Notes: generated from the sequence alone by a model not told the origin. 64,000 nt of DNA from Thermodesulfobacteriota bacterium (GCA_964291405.2 OZ219926.1:4672001-4736000); one strand, 5' to 3'. Numbered from the stretch's first letter, positions 19,950 through 30,143 are shown. Translations and numbers: made by a program.

Positions 19950-20090
19950 TATTCAAAGGCTTGCATGTTCCGTGCCCGCAGCGGGACCAAGAGTTGGATG
20001 CCGCGCGTCACGATCGACGGCAAACGCCACGATATCGGCCTGGGGGCCTATCCCGTGGTCAGTCTTGCGAAGGCGCGGAGCCCCGGCTTT
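19950..20090 (+). pseudogene. P4-like tyrosine integrase N-terminal (arm-binding) fragment
   Basis: SGTKSWMPRVTIDGKRHDIGLGAYPVVSLAKAR immediately after the tmRNA 3' end; truncated. Confidence 0.8.
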
Positions 20091-20110
20091 CTAGAGTGTC
20101 GAAGCCAATC

Positions 20111-21718
20111 CTAGTTACGCCCTTTCCGTGCATTTTTGCGCCGCATCTTCTTCGCCTTTTCGTCGAGCACGCGGTACACTATTGTGTACCGGTCGGAATA
20201 CACTTTTTCCATAAGCGGATCTCGGTCGGCAAGGGCAATGAACTTCCGATGTTTGTTGTCGGTAAAGGCGTATTCACATCCGAACCGCTGCAAAATCACC
20301 CTCGCCGGCAGACGCACCTTCCCCCTGGTGATGTCTTTCCAGCGTTTATAGCCCTCGGGGTCTTTGAGCCGCATGAAGTCGGGATCAAGCCCAACGATGT
20401 AGGTATTATGCGTATTAAAGAAAAACAGGCGGGGAAAGTCGTCCCAGTCGGTGTGAAACACGCGCGCCCCTTTGGGCGTGTTATGGGCTAACCACTCTGC
20501 TCCGCCCTTATACGCCGCAGACGGTGGGAGGCGGTGAATGTCCCGCCAGGCGGCTTGCACGGTGGCTTGCATGGCGGCAACAAGCAGGAGGCTTGCCAGC
20601 ATGAGCCCGCCAATTTTTCTCTCTGTCCAGGCAATAGAACCGACGTCCAGGGTCTTCACCCACTCCCGCGTTCCAACTGCTAAGAGCAGCACGGCAGCCG
20701 GCGGATAATATTCGACAAAACGGCGCGATTTGAACAACAGAAGGGCGTATAACGTGGCGGCTAAAAATAAGAAAAGCCGCGGGGCATCTTGGCGCCATTC
20801 CTCTCTGTTGGTCAAGAATATGGCGCTGCCATAGGCGAGGTGCGCTCCAAGCGACAGGCTCAGAAGATCCCATGAATTATAGGGACGCCACTCTCCCCCG
20901 ACCGATGTCGCATACTCCACCACGAACAGCTTAGGGACAATGTGGTCCCAGAGGAGGAGGACATTTTGCGGAAAGTAGGGATTGACGATCAGGCCGCAGG
21001 CGATCCCAATACCTGCTCCGAAGAGGAGAGGGTATTCGAAAGTGCCGTCGACGAGGTAGTGCGTCAGGAGACCGATCAGCACTAGGAGCAGGAGCAACGG
21101 GAAGGCATTATACGCCCACACAAACAGCATTGCCACGATCCCGAGAGCAACCGGCCGACGTTTCAGAATCAGATACATCGCTAGCAGTTGAAACGCCAAC
21201 CCCAGGCTCTGCCCCCGAGCCATACTCATCCGATACAGAAACGGGTGTGAGGACGCAAAGAGGACGAGCAGCCAGACAAATGGATAGCGCACCTGGTAGG
21301 CAACGAGGAAAAAATAGAACACACAGCAGGCAAAAACGGCGAGGGTCACCGCGGCCCATTTCGACGCCAAACCTAAATCGGTAAAGGCGGTGAAAGGGGC
21401 TTGCAGCACATGCAGCAGCATATGGCGGTCGCTGTAGCCGTGCTCATCCAGAATGGTAAGGGGCAACCAGGGGAACGGAAGCGGGAGCCCCTGCTGGAGC
21501 GTCAATTCTGCCATCTTGATATGATGGTATCCGTCGTTCCCCACGATATGCGGGCTGGCGAATTGGATGTAGGCGAGGAGGACCCCGGAGATCGCGATGG
21601 CGCTCACAACGTGGATGAGGGAGTGCCACTTCACCGCATGAAGAGCGCGGCTGACCAGAGCGGTCATCGACCGTGTACGCTTGGGGTGATGGGACGGAGG
21701 AGTTTCTGCCGCTGACAT
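20111..21718 (-). CDS. Polytopic membrane protein, possibly a GT-C-type glycosyltransferase
   Basis: About 11-12 hydrophobic segments, first loop DGYHH, soluble C-terminal domain (VFHTDWDDFP). Confidence 0.6.
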   Translation of the reverse strand: MSAAETPPSHHPKRTRSMTALVSRALHAVKWHSLIHVVSAIAISGVLLAYIQFASPHIVGNDGYHHIKMAELTLQQGLPLPFPWLPLTILDEHGYSDRHMLLHVLQAPFTAFTDLGLASKWAAVTLAVFACCVFYFFLVAYQVRYPFVWLLVLFASSHPFLYRMSMARGQSLGLAFQLLAMYLILKRRPVALGIVAMLFVWAYNAFPLLLLLVLIGLLTHYLVDGTFEYPLLFGAGIGIACGLIVNPYFPQNVLLLWDHIVPKLFVVEYATSVGGEWRPYNSWDLLSLSLGAHLAYGSAIFLTNREEWRQDAPRLFLFLAATLYALLLFKSRRFVEYYPPAAVLLLAVGTREWVKTLDVGSIAWTERKIGGLMLASLLLVAAMQATVQAAWRDIHRLPPSAAYKGGAEWLAHNTPKGARVFHTDWDDFPRLFFFNTHNTYIVGLDPDFMRLKDPEGYKRWKDITRGKVRLPARVILQRFGCEYAFTDNKHRKFIALADRDPLMEKVYSDRYTIVYRVLDEKAKKMRRKNARKGRN

Positions 21719-21786
21719 AAAAAATTCATTGAGCCCCGTACGCTACACTCCTATTCGGTCCCCCGCACGGCAATGACGGCACTCTC

Positions 21787-22752
21787 TTAGTCATCGTCAT
21801 CGTTTTCGTTGCCATTGTCGTTGTTGTTCTCATTCTCATTGTCGTTTTCGTTGCCATTGTCGTTGTTGTTCTCATTCTCATTGTCGTTTTCGTTGCCATT
21901 GTCGTTGCTGTTCTCATTCTCGTTCGTGTTCTTGTTGGTGTTGGCGTTCGTGTTCTCGTTCTGGTTCGTGTTCCCGTTCGTATTCTCGTTGGTGTCGGTA
22001 TTGGTGTTCGTATTTTCAAGACTGTCGCTCAGGCCATTCCGGTCAAGGTCGTCGTCGGGAAAGCCGTCCCGGTCGGCATCATTGTCGGCAAAACCGTCAG
22101 AATCCGTATCATCGTCCCGCACACCATCGTTGTCTTGGTCGGCCACAAAAGAAATCGCCGCGAGCTTATTGGAAGGCGGGTCATATTTGAGGACGGTCGT
22201 CAGTGATCGTCCACCGATTTCTATTCCCTCTACCAATACTTCCGTCTTGCCCACGATATCGAGCGTGGCTCCGCTCAGATCAATTTCAACGTTTCGTGGA
22301 TTTTCATCGCCCGGCGCATTGGACACCAGAAAGCGGACGCTGCGGCTCGCGGCGTCCCCGTTCATATCCACCGCTCTGACCGTCAGCCGGTGGACACCGT
22401 TTGTCAGCGGCCGTGCATTCCACCCGAGCGCGTATCCAGAGAATTTGGCGTCGGGGATATCGGGAAATGCATGGCCAACATCTATCCGTTCTCCACCATA
22501 GCCGGCGGGAGTGGGGCTTTGCCCGTCAAACGACACCTCCACGTAGTCAATCGGGGCGGTGATGCCGACCGCCCAGCCCAGGATATTGACCAGCCCGGAG
22601 ACGTGTTGCCCTTCTGTCGGATTATCAATGGCCAAGCGTGGTGGATCGGCCACCGCGCTTGAGAACCAGAGGAGGCTGCTCACCAGCCCGATTGCGACAT
22701 GCGTCTGCCAACACATGCGTACTCTCTTGCCGTCCTTTTTGCGCTTTGCCAT
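21787..22752 (-). CDS. Secreted Ig-like domain protein with DxDxDG repeats and an Asn/Glu/Asp-rich tail
   Basis: Signal peptide; IDNP....VSG...I.GWA...NGVHRLTVRAVD; DQDNDG/DTDSDG/DADRDG; low-complexity C-terminus. Confidence 0.7.
   Translation of the reverse strand: MAKRKKDGKRVRMCWQTHVAIGLVSSLLWFSSAVADPPRLAIDNPTEGQHVSGLVNILGWAVGITAPIDYVEVSFDGQSPTPAGYGGERIDVGHAFPDIPDAKFSGYALGWNARPLTNGVHRLTVRAVDMNGDAASRSVRFLVSNAPGDENPRNVEIDLSGATLDIVGKTEVLVEGIEIGGRSLTTVLKYDPPSNKLAAISFVADQDNDGVRDDDTDSDGFADNDADRDGFPDDDLDRNGLSDSLENTNTNTDTNENTNGNTNQNENTNANTNKNTNENENSNDNGNENDNENENNNDNGNENDNENENNNDNGNENDDDD
21801..21922. repeat. 42-bp coding tandem repeat, about 3 copies (NENDNENENNNDNG)
   Basis: Unit cgttttcgttgcc... 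starts at 21801, 21843 and 21885. Confidence 0.9.
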
Positions 22753-23130
22753 ACACCCTCCACGTCTTGGGTATGAGGAAAGTTTTCAATGGATTTTCCT
22801 GAGCCATATCTCATCCCTTCTCAGCACAGTGTCCCTGGAGTCGCAACCTGCTCTACATTTTTTCCTCAAAATTCAGAGGAGTATAACATAGGGGCTCCCC
22901 GCTCCCCTCCACTTTTGGTAATCAACCCGCGCGCAGACCGGGTGGGCTGTCCCTTTGGGGGGCTAGTGCGCCCCTCATAAACGCTGTTATGCGTAGCAGG
23001 TGGAAGGGAGGCTTAGATGTCAGCATAGGCAGTCGCGCGACGGTTGGCGAGCGAGCTGGGCTGGGCTCGCAAATCCCGCCATCGGGAGGAGTACGACCCC
23101 GAGTGCCCTTGAGGGGCTAGATTTGCCGCC

Positions 23131-23260
23131 TTACCCCCATCGCACAAGCGGCACGACCTTGTCGTCTCCCTGACTCAGATACACTGTCCATTGCTCCATA
23201 AGCCCACGCCGGCGCTCAAACAAGTCTGAGCGAGCATACGCCGCCCCCACCGTTTTTCAA
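23131..23260 (-). pseudogene. P4-like integrase C-terminal fragment
   Basis: Minus strand reads AAYARSDLFERRRGLMEQWTVYL...stop, the characteristic catalytic-Tyr C-terminus. Confidence 0.8.
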
Positions 23261-23367
23261 GACAGTACACGTCTCTTCGAGGAGACGTGTGTCCTATAGC
23301 CTCTTTTCATTATGGGCGCTCGGAGCGCCGCCTGGCACTGACTCTGGGAATGCCTCAAATATAGAGC

Positions 23368-24438
23368 CTAATCGGCCCTGCGGGACTCCAGTCTTGGCAG
23401 GATGTGTTCGCCGAATGTATCGATGTCGTGCTCAAAGTCGGGAAAGGCGAACATACAGGCCGCCACTTTGGCTTCGGCGTAAATCCTGTCCAGGTAAGAG
23501 GCCACTTTCCGGTAAGAGCCCACCAAGGTCGGCAAGCCCATGAACATGGATTTACGTTTCAGGCTCTCGGACATGCCTTCGGACTTGTCCAATTCTGCCT
23601 GGCCGACAAGGTTGGCGATGGCCACCTCATCGGCGCCGGCGACGATATGCTCGAAACGTTTTTCCGCTTCCGCGTCCGTCTCCGCGGCGAAGACATTGAA
23701 CAGGGCAATGGTGCCCACGTCACGGCCGAGCTTTCTGGCGTGGTCCTGAAGCTTTGACGTGATGGCGCTGAACGTCTTGATATCCGCTTCGATGTCGTGC
23801 GTGTTGCCGCCGGCGATGACGAAGTTCCGGTCAGCCATTTCGGCGGTGTAGCGAATGCCACGATCCGACTGACCGGCACACACCAGGGGAATGCGCTTTG
23901 ACGGCACCGGCTTGATCTCGGCGTCGTTCATTGTGAAGTATGTGCCCTTGAAATTGCTCCTGCCGGTGTCCCAGAGGTCCGTCAGGATCGTGACATACTC
24001 GGTCGCATAGTCGTAGCGGGTTTCGTAATGTTCGTCGCCCGGCCACAAGCCCATTTGATTGAACTCATCCTTATACCAGCCGGAAACGATATTGAGCCCG
24101 AAACGCCCTGGGCAGACGGCTTCGATGGTCGCAGCCATGCGGGCCGCCACCGCTGGATGCATGGACAGGCTGGTGACCGAAGGGAACAGATGGATGGTCT
24201 TGGTCACCGGAGCCAATGACGCGGTTAAGGTAAAGGAGTCAAGGGCATAGTCCCAATATTTCGTTTCTCCACCAAAGCCTCGGAATTTCACCATGGATAG
24301 GGCAAACTCGAATCCCAGCGCTTCGCATTTCAAAGTGACGGCCCGGTTCAGTTCCCACGTGGGCCACGTGGGCGGTATATTGCGTGAAATGATAAAACCG
24401 CCCTTGGCGATGGGCAGGAAAATACCAATTTCCATCAT
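23368..24438 (-). CDS. LLM-class flavin-dependent monooxygenase, RutA-like
   Basis: EIGIFLPI..GG.IIS, FALSMVKFRGFGG...WD, GRFGLNIVSGW, CAGQS.RG. Confidence 0.88.
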   Translation of the reverse strand: MMEIGIFLPIAKGGFIISRNIPPTWPTWELNRAVTLKCEALGFEFALSMVKFRGFGGETKYWDYALDSFTLTASLAPVTKTIHLFPSVTSLSMHPAVAARMAATIEAVCPGRFGLNIVSGWYKDEFNQMGLWPGDEHYETRYDYATEYVTILTDLWDTGRSNFKGTYFTMNDAEIKPVPSKRIPLVCAGQSDRGIRYTAEMADRNFVIAGGNTHDIEADIKTFSAITSKLQDHARKLGRDVGTIALFNVFAAETDAEAEKRFEHIVAGADEVAIANLVGQAELDKSEGMSESLKRKSMFMGLPTLVGSYRKVASYLDRIYAEAKVAACMFAFPDFEHDIDTFGEHILPRLESRRAD

Positions 24439-24699
24439 GGGAACGGTCTCCCTTCCATCATCTATCCTAGCAACGCCATTTTGCATTGGATAGTCCCGGA
24501 AAACTGTTTGTGACAGGAGGGGCATAGCGTGGCGCTGATGCAGGTACGGCGGGCTACCGGAGCTCTATACACAACTGCCGGACGGCTGTCCCTAGTAAAA
24601 GCACGAGAGCGGGCGCTCCTCTATGCGAAAAATCGACACCAGAAGAGGTAGACGAGGTAAAGTCAACGTTTTAATGTACGAAGGCTATGAGGGAGGACC

Positions 24700-26241
24700 A
24701 TGATGAGTTCCGATAAAACCGGCGGCCCCGTAGGCGCGCCGACAGACAGCGAGCTGCGCGCGGCCGCGCAGGCTTTATTTCTCGATCTGGATCGGGGCGA
24801 CTTGGATTTCTTCGCAAGCGCGATGGACAGGTTCGTCGACGACTACAATGCCATCGACGCCATGGACGCGCCGACCCTGCCGACGAAATACCCGCGCGGT
24901 GAGGGGTATCGCCCGACCGGCGATGAGAACCGTTACGGTGCCTGGCAGTGGAAGTGTTCGATTAAAGGCGCAGCGTCCGGCAAGCTCGTCGGCAAACGCG
25001 TCGCCATCAAGGACAACATCAGCGTTGCGGGCATGCCTATGCTGAACGGCTCGGCGCTGTATGAAGGCTTTATCGCCGACGAAGACGCGACCGTCGTGAC
25101 CCGCGTGCTCGATGCCGGCGGCGAAGTGGTCGGCAAGGCCGTGTGCGAAAACTTCTGCTATTCCGGCGGCAGCCATACGTCGGCGTCGGGTCCGGTGAGG
25201 AACCCGCGCAACCCCGACTTCATGACCGGCGGCTCGTCGAGCGGCTGTGCCGCATTGATTCTGACGGGTGAATGCGACATGGCGATCGGCAGCGACCAGG
25301 GCGGCTCCGTACGCATGCCGAGCTCGTGGTCTGGCTGCGTCGGGATCAAGCCGACTCACGGCCTCGTGCCCTATACCGGCGCCGGACCCATCGAGCACAC
25401 GATCGATCACCTCGGGCCGATGGCTGCCTCGAGCGTCGATTGCGCCCTGTTGCTCGAAGTCATCGCGGGCTATGACGAGGGCCGCGACCCGCGTCAGGTG
25501 GCGGCGTTGCAGGCAAAACCCTATAGCGAACTCGTCGGCCAGGGGATCGAGGGGCTGCGGATCGGTATCGTGCGCGAAGGCTTCGGCGCGCCGGGCTCGG
25601 AAGCGGACGTGGATGAATCCGTGATGGCCGCGGCCCGGCGGCTGCAGGAAGCCGGTGCCGTGGTCGAAGAAATCTCCATCCCCATGCACACCAAGGCCCT
25701 CAAGATCATGTTCGCAGGTTCCGTCGACGGGACGCTGTCAACGTGGAGTGATCAGGGTCCGGCGGGCGGAAACGCCGATGGCCACCACCCACTCGGAGCG
25801 ATCCGCTTCTTTCAGGAGGCACGCAAAACCCGGGCGGCAGAGCTGCCGGACATGGCCAAGACCGTGCTGTTGTTCGCGCAGGTCATGCGCGCACGTTACG
25901 GCAACTATTATTCCGCCAAGGCACAAAACCTCGTCCGCACGCTACGCGCCGCCTACGATCGCGCGTTCGATACATGCGACCTGCTGGTGATGCCGACGAC
26001 CGTGATGAAAGCCCACCGGATCCCGCCACCGGACGCATCGCGTGAAGTCGTCATGGGGCTCACGCTCGACATGATCGGCAACACCGCGCCCTTCGATGCG
26101 ACGAGCCACCCGTCGATGAGCGTGCCGACCGGTCTGTCGAACGGCCTGCCCGTCGGCATGATGATCACGGGACGCTACGGTGAGGACGACGTCGTGCTGC
26201 GCGCCGGGCATGCGTTCGAGACGTTGCGTGGACCGTTCTGA
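24700..26241 (+). CDS. Amidase signature family enzyme
   Basis: AIKDN (catalytic Lys), GGSSSG, GSDQGGSVRMPS, GLVPYTG, HPSMSVP.G...GLPVG. Confidence 0.93.
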   Translation: MMSSDKTGGPVGAPTDSELRAAAQALFLDLDRGDLDFFASAMDRFVDDYNAIDAMDAPTLPTKYPRGEGYRPTGDENRYGAWQWKCSIKGAASGKLVGKRVAIKDNISVAGMPMLNGSALYEGFIADEDATVVTRVLDAGGEVVGKAVCENFCYSGGSHTSASGPVRNPRNPDFMTGGSSSGCAALILTGECDMAIGSDQGGSVRMPSSWSGCVGIKPTHGLVPYTGAGPIEHTIDHLGPMAASSVDCALLLEVIAGYDEGRDPRQVAALQAKPYSELVGQGIEGLRIGIVREGFGAPGSEADVDESVMAAARRLQEAGAVVEEISIPMHTKALKIMFAGSVDGTLSTWSDQGPAGGNADGHHPLGAIRFFQEARKTRAAELPDMAKTVLLFAQVMRARYGNYYSAKAQNLVRTLRAAYDRAFDTCDLLVMPTTVMKAHRIPPPDASREVVMGLTLDMIGNTAPFDATSHPSMSVPTGLSNGLPVGMMITGRYGEDDVVLRAGHAFETLRGPF

Positions 26242-26366
26242 GCGCTTGTGGAACGCCGCCGACGGATCAGCCTCGGCGCCGGGCGGCCGCCAGGAAGAGA
26301 CCCGTTAATGACGGGTTCGCAGCACTCCGGTATTCATGACCGCAGGTCTAATCAGGGGAGGGGGCG

Positions 26367-28070
26367 ATGAGTTCACAGAGCGAAATTCACTACGAAGTCG
26401 TCTGGCCGAAATCGCCGCTCGCGGTACAGACACGGCCGCTCGCCGAGCGGCTCGACACGCTCGAGGGCAAACGCGTCGGGTTCCTGTGGGATTTCCTGTT
26501 TCGCGGTCACGAGCTTTTTCCGGTCATCGAAAAAGAGCTGCGGAACCGCTTCACCGGGATCGAAATCGTCGGGTACGACGATTTCGGCAACACGCACGGG
26601 GGCGATGAAGCCGAGGTGATTGCCGCGCTTCCCGACCGGTTGCGCGACCGCCGTATCGACGCGGTTGTCTCCGGGGTGGGATGTTGAGGGAGTTGTACGC
26701 CCGCCGTGATGCGGGCGTCGGTTGTCGCGGAAGCCGCCGGGGTGCCGTCGGTGTCGCTGGTCTGCGAAGGTTTCGAACGCCAGGCGGCGGCCACCGGTCG
26801 CGGCACGGGATTCGACGGGCTTCCCCTCGGCGTGCTGCGCGGGCACGTGGACGCGCAGAGCTACGACGAGATGATCGGTTCCCTGCGTGACGCGACGCTC
26901 GACCAGATCATAGCCGGCCTCACCAGCGCACCGGTCGTCGGTGAGGGCGCTGCCGCCGAGCCCGTACCACTGGATGTCGTTGCCACGGGAACGATTGACG
27001 AGATCAACGAACGTTTCACCGTTGAGGGGTGGAGCGATGGGCTGCCGGTCATTCCGCCGACCCAGGACCGGGTCGCGGCGTTCCTCGCCACCCTGAACGA
27101 TGATCCCTGGAGAGTAATCGGCACCGCCCGGCCCTCGGGCCGCGAGATCACGGTCTGGTCGGTTGCCGTCAATGCCGTCATGACCGGTTGTCAGCCCCGG
27201 CACCTGCCCGTGCTCGTGGCGCTCGCCGAAATCATCGCCGATCCCGGTTACGGCGTCGAGCACTCGGGCAACACCACCGGGGCCGACGCCCTCGTCATCG
27301 TGAATGGGCCGTCGATGGCCGCACTCGGCTTCAACACAAGGCAGGGTGTCCTTCGGGAGGGCGCCCACGCGAATACCAGCGTCGCCCGATGGCTCCGGCT
27401 GTACCTGCGCAATGTCTGTGGATTCACCGCCGACGAACATGACAAGGCCACGTTTGGTAACAGCACCCGGGTGGTATTGGCCGAAGATGAGCAGACGCTG
27501 ACCGATATCGGCTGGCAACCACTGAGTGCGGAGTTCGGGTTCGGGCGGGGCGACGACGTGGTCACCATGGCCCGCATGAACAGCGGTCTTATCCTCGGCA
27601 GCGTCTTCGGATCGACGGGCGATGCGATCGTGCCGTATCTGGCCGACGGCCTCGTTCGAGTCAGTGGCTGGGACCTCGCGCACATCTACGGGCTCGGACA
27701 GGGCCATTATCGACCGCTGCTGATACTTTCCCCGATACTGGCGCGCACCTTCGCCCGATCCGGCTGGGGCAAGGATGACGTCAAGCAGGCGCTGTTCATA
27801 AAGGCACGGCTGCCGGCGGCCAGGTTCGAGCAGCTCATCGGCGAGTGGAGCAACATCGATGCGGGGCGCCGCACCCTGTTCGAACTGGCGACCGAGGGGC
27901 TGGTCCCGCCGGTCTTCGGCGAGTCCAACGACCCGCAACGCCTCGTGCCGATCGTGACCGAGGCCTCGAAGTTTCTGATCGCCGTTGCAGGCGACCCGAA
28001 CCGGAACAATGCTTACGTCATGAGTAACGATGGCCCGCACGGTGACTGGACGGCCAAAGCCGTACCATGA
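26367..28070 (+). CDS. UGSC family selenoprotein, 567 aa via UGA readthrough
   Basis: VSGVGC-TGA-GSCTPAV; the 26367 and 26706 ORFs are in frame; downstream WSDGLPVIPPT and AVNAVMTGC.P motifs. Confidence 0.85.
26697..26718 (+). promoter_or_regulatory. Putative bacterial SECIS hairpin
   Basis: Perfect 8-bp stem ACGCCCGC/GCGGGCGT with CGTGAT loop starting 18 nt after the UGA. Confidence 0.7.
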
Positions 28071-29713
28071 ACCCCTACGCCCTCGGCATCATCACGAGCA
28101 TCGTGATCTATCTGCTGATCGGAAACTACGCCGGCCGGCGGGTCAAAGATGTCGATGATTATTTCGTTGCGGGGCGTGACAGCTCGACCTTGCTGATAGC
28201 CGGCACCCTGGTCGCCAGCTACCTGAGCACCGCCGCGTTCCTGGGTGAAACCGGGTTTACGTATCAAGGGCACGGCGCGATTCTCCTGATCCTGGTCGGG
28301 GTCAATATCGCCGGCTACGTCCTGGGCGCAGCGTTCTTCGGCCGCTATGTCAGACGCAGCCAGGCGATAACCGTCGCCGAGTTCTTCGGCAAGCGCTTCA
28401 ACAGTCGGCGCGTTCAGGCCGCCGCGGGCGTGACGGTTATCGGGGGTGTCACCGCCTATTTGCTGGCGGTGACCCAGGGGGCATCACTGGCGATATCGGA
28501 AGTGATGCATATTCCCTATGACGTGACTTTGCTGATCGTCTGGATCGGTTACACCTCGTTCACGATCTATTCCGGCTCGCGAGGCGTGGTGTTGACGGAT
28601 ACCGTGATGTACCTGCTGTTCACCTTCGTCGGTTTCCTCTCTCTCTACTATATCCTGGGTGAGACCGGTGGATGGTTCGCCACCATCGAGTCCCTGGCTG
28701 TATACGAAGCCAAGCCGGCAATCATCTCCTGGCACGGTGTCGTCGGATCCGATTCGCGCTGGCAAACGCCGTTCGATTCAGTTGGCTGGGGTCTCGTGCT
28801 CGGGATCGCGTGGGCATTCACGATTGCCGTGAGCCCGTGGCAATCGAGCCGGTATCTCATGGCGAAAAACGAGCACACCGTGATGCGATCGGCCTGCTTC
28901 GCGAGCGCGTCGGTCGTGGTGCTGTATTGGGCGTTGGTGGTGTCCGCTGCCGCCGTCAATCTCCTCAACCCGGATATCGAGCCCAACGAAAGGGCAATGA
29001 TCTGGGCGGCTTTCAACGCCATGCCGACCTATGCGGGCGTGTTGTTCATGACCGGTGTGGTGGCTGCCGCCCTGTCCTCGGCGTCGACGTTTCTCTCCTT
29101 GATCGGATTCAGCGCGACGAACGATCTGGTCGAGATGCGTGAGGGCGATGAACGTCGCAAGCTCCGATTGAGCCGCTCCACTATGCTGGCGGTCGGGATC
29201 GTCATCTTGCTCATCGCGTCTTTCCAACCGCCCGCGATCATGATGATCAGCTATTTTGCGGCGACGCTGTTTTCATCGTCGTGGGGACCGGTGGCCTTCA
29301 TGAGCGTGTGGAGTACACGCATCACGGCAGACGGAGCTTTTTGGGGGATCGTCGTCGGCTTCGTCGGCAACCTGATCCCGAAGATCCTGTCGGTATTCGA
29401 GGTGATATACCTGCCGGTTTATCTCGATCCATTCGTGATTGGCATCGTATTGAGCCTCATCACGATCCTACTCGTATCGCGCAATGGCCGGGTCACCCAG
29501 GAGGAATATCTTTATCACATGCAGATACATCAAACGCCCTCCACTGAATACGACCCTTCACTGACCGCCAGAACCTTGTGGTTCGCGAGGGGTTTGATGG
29601 TCTGTGGCGCAGCTGTGACGATACTCATGATCGTGTTTTACGTGTTGCCGTACGAACGTGCGGTCGGGCACGAGGCCGACTCCCTGAGTCTGGCCCGGTG
29701 GTTCTTGTCATGA
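28067..29713 (+). CDS. Sodium:solute symporter family transporter
   Basis: DYFVAGR, ASYLST..FLGETG, T..EFFG.RF, AAALSSAST; about 13 TM; ATGA overlap with the UGSC gene. Confidence 0.92.
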   Translation: MNPYALGIITSIVIYLLIGNYAGRRVKDVDDYFVAGRDSSTLLIAGTLVASYLSTAAFLGETGFTYQGHGAILLILVGVNIAGYVLGAAFFGRYVRRSQAITVAEFFGKRFNSRRVQAAAGVTVIGGVTAYLLAVTQGASLAISEVMHIPYDVTLLIVWIGYTSFTIYSGSRGVVLTDTVMYLLFTFVGFLSLYYILGETGGWFATIESLAVYEAKPAIISWHGVVGSDSRWQTPFDSVGWGLVLGIAWAFTIAVSPWQSSRYLMAKNEHTVMRSACFASASVVVLYWALVVSAAAVNLLNPDIEPNERAMIWAAFNAMPTYAGVLFMTGVVAAALSSASTFLSLIGFSATNDLVEMREGDERRKLRLSRSTMLAVGIVILLIASFQPPAIMMISYFAATLFSSSWGPVAFMSVWSTRITADGAFWGIVVGFVGNLIPKILSVFEVIYLPVYLDPFVIGIVLSLITILLVSRNGRVTQEEYLYHMQIHQTPSTEYDPSLTARTLWFARGLMVCGAAVTILMIVFYVLPYERAVGHEADSLSLARWFLS

Positions 29714-29835
29714 GCGGCGAGCTGATTCTCTCGATAGGGTACGGCGGTATCCTCTTCCTGTGTGGCGCGTTCGCCTACTGGTGGACCAAGCGCGCCTACG
29801 GCGAACGTCACGAGGGGCCGGATCAACACTCGTAG
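29710..29835 (+). CDS. Small single-TM ORF or frameshifted C-terminal helix of the symporter
   Basis: MSGELILSIGYGGILFLCGAFAYWWTKR...; ATG overlaps the symporter TGA. Confidence 0.4.
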   Translation: MSGELILSIGYGGILFLCGAFAYWWTKRAYGERHEGPDQHS

Positions 29836-29865
29836 CCCGCGAAAAACCCCGGCCAGATACACGCT

Positions 29866-30135
29866 ATGAAAAAGCTGACCGCCTCAGAGGTGAAGAAAAA
29901 TTGGTTCCGAGTGCTTGACGAAGTCGCTGCCGGGGAAGTTATTGTCCTGGAGCGGAAGGGGCAGCGGCTCATTTTACGCAGGGAAGACAAAACAGTTACG
30001 AAATCGAAACAACAGTTTCCCGACTATACAGGTCTCCTGCGGATTCCTGACGCCGATCAAGCTGACCGGTGGAGTTGGGACTGGCGGGGGAAAAGACAAG
30101 ACCTCGTGTCGGTCTCTCGAAAAAAAAGGCAATAG
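29866..30135 (+). CDS. Phd/YefM-like antitoxin (orphan)
   Basis: MKKLTASEVKKNWFRVLDEVAAGEVIVLERKG is a Phd-type N-terminus; no intact cognate toxin follows. Confidence 0.7.
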   Translation: MKKLTASEVKKNWFRVLDEVAAGEVIVLERKGQRLILRREDKTVTKSKQQFPDYTGLLRIPDADQADRWSWDWRGKRQDLVSVSRKKRQ

Positions 30136-30143
30136 CTTCATGC

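Noticed and set aside
21790-22020. CRISPR-like periodicity
   Set aside because: Contiguous coding tandem repeats with no unique spacers and no cas genes
22881-22992. attC-like GTATAAC...GTTATGC pair
   Set aside because: No convincing internal L-box pairing, no integron integrase and no cassette array
26373-28040. 555-aa minus-strand ORF and other long antisense ORFs (e.g. 32265..33533, 46624..47745)
   Set aside because: Shadows of well-supported genes on the opposite strand in GC-rich DNA; no motifs
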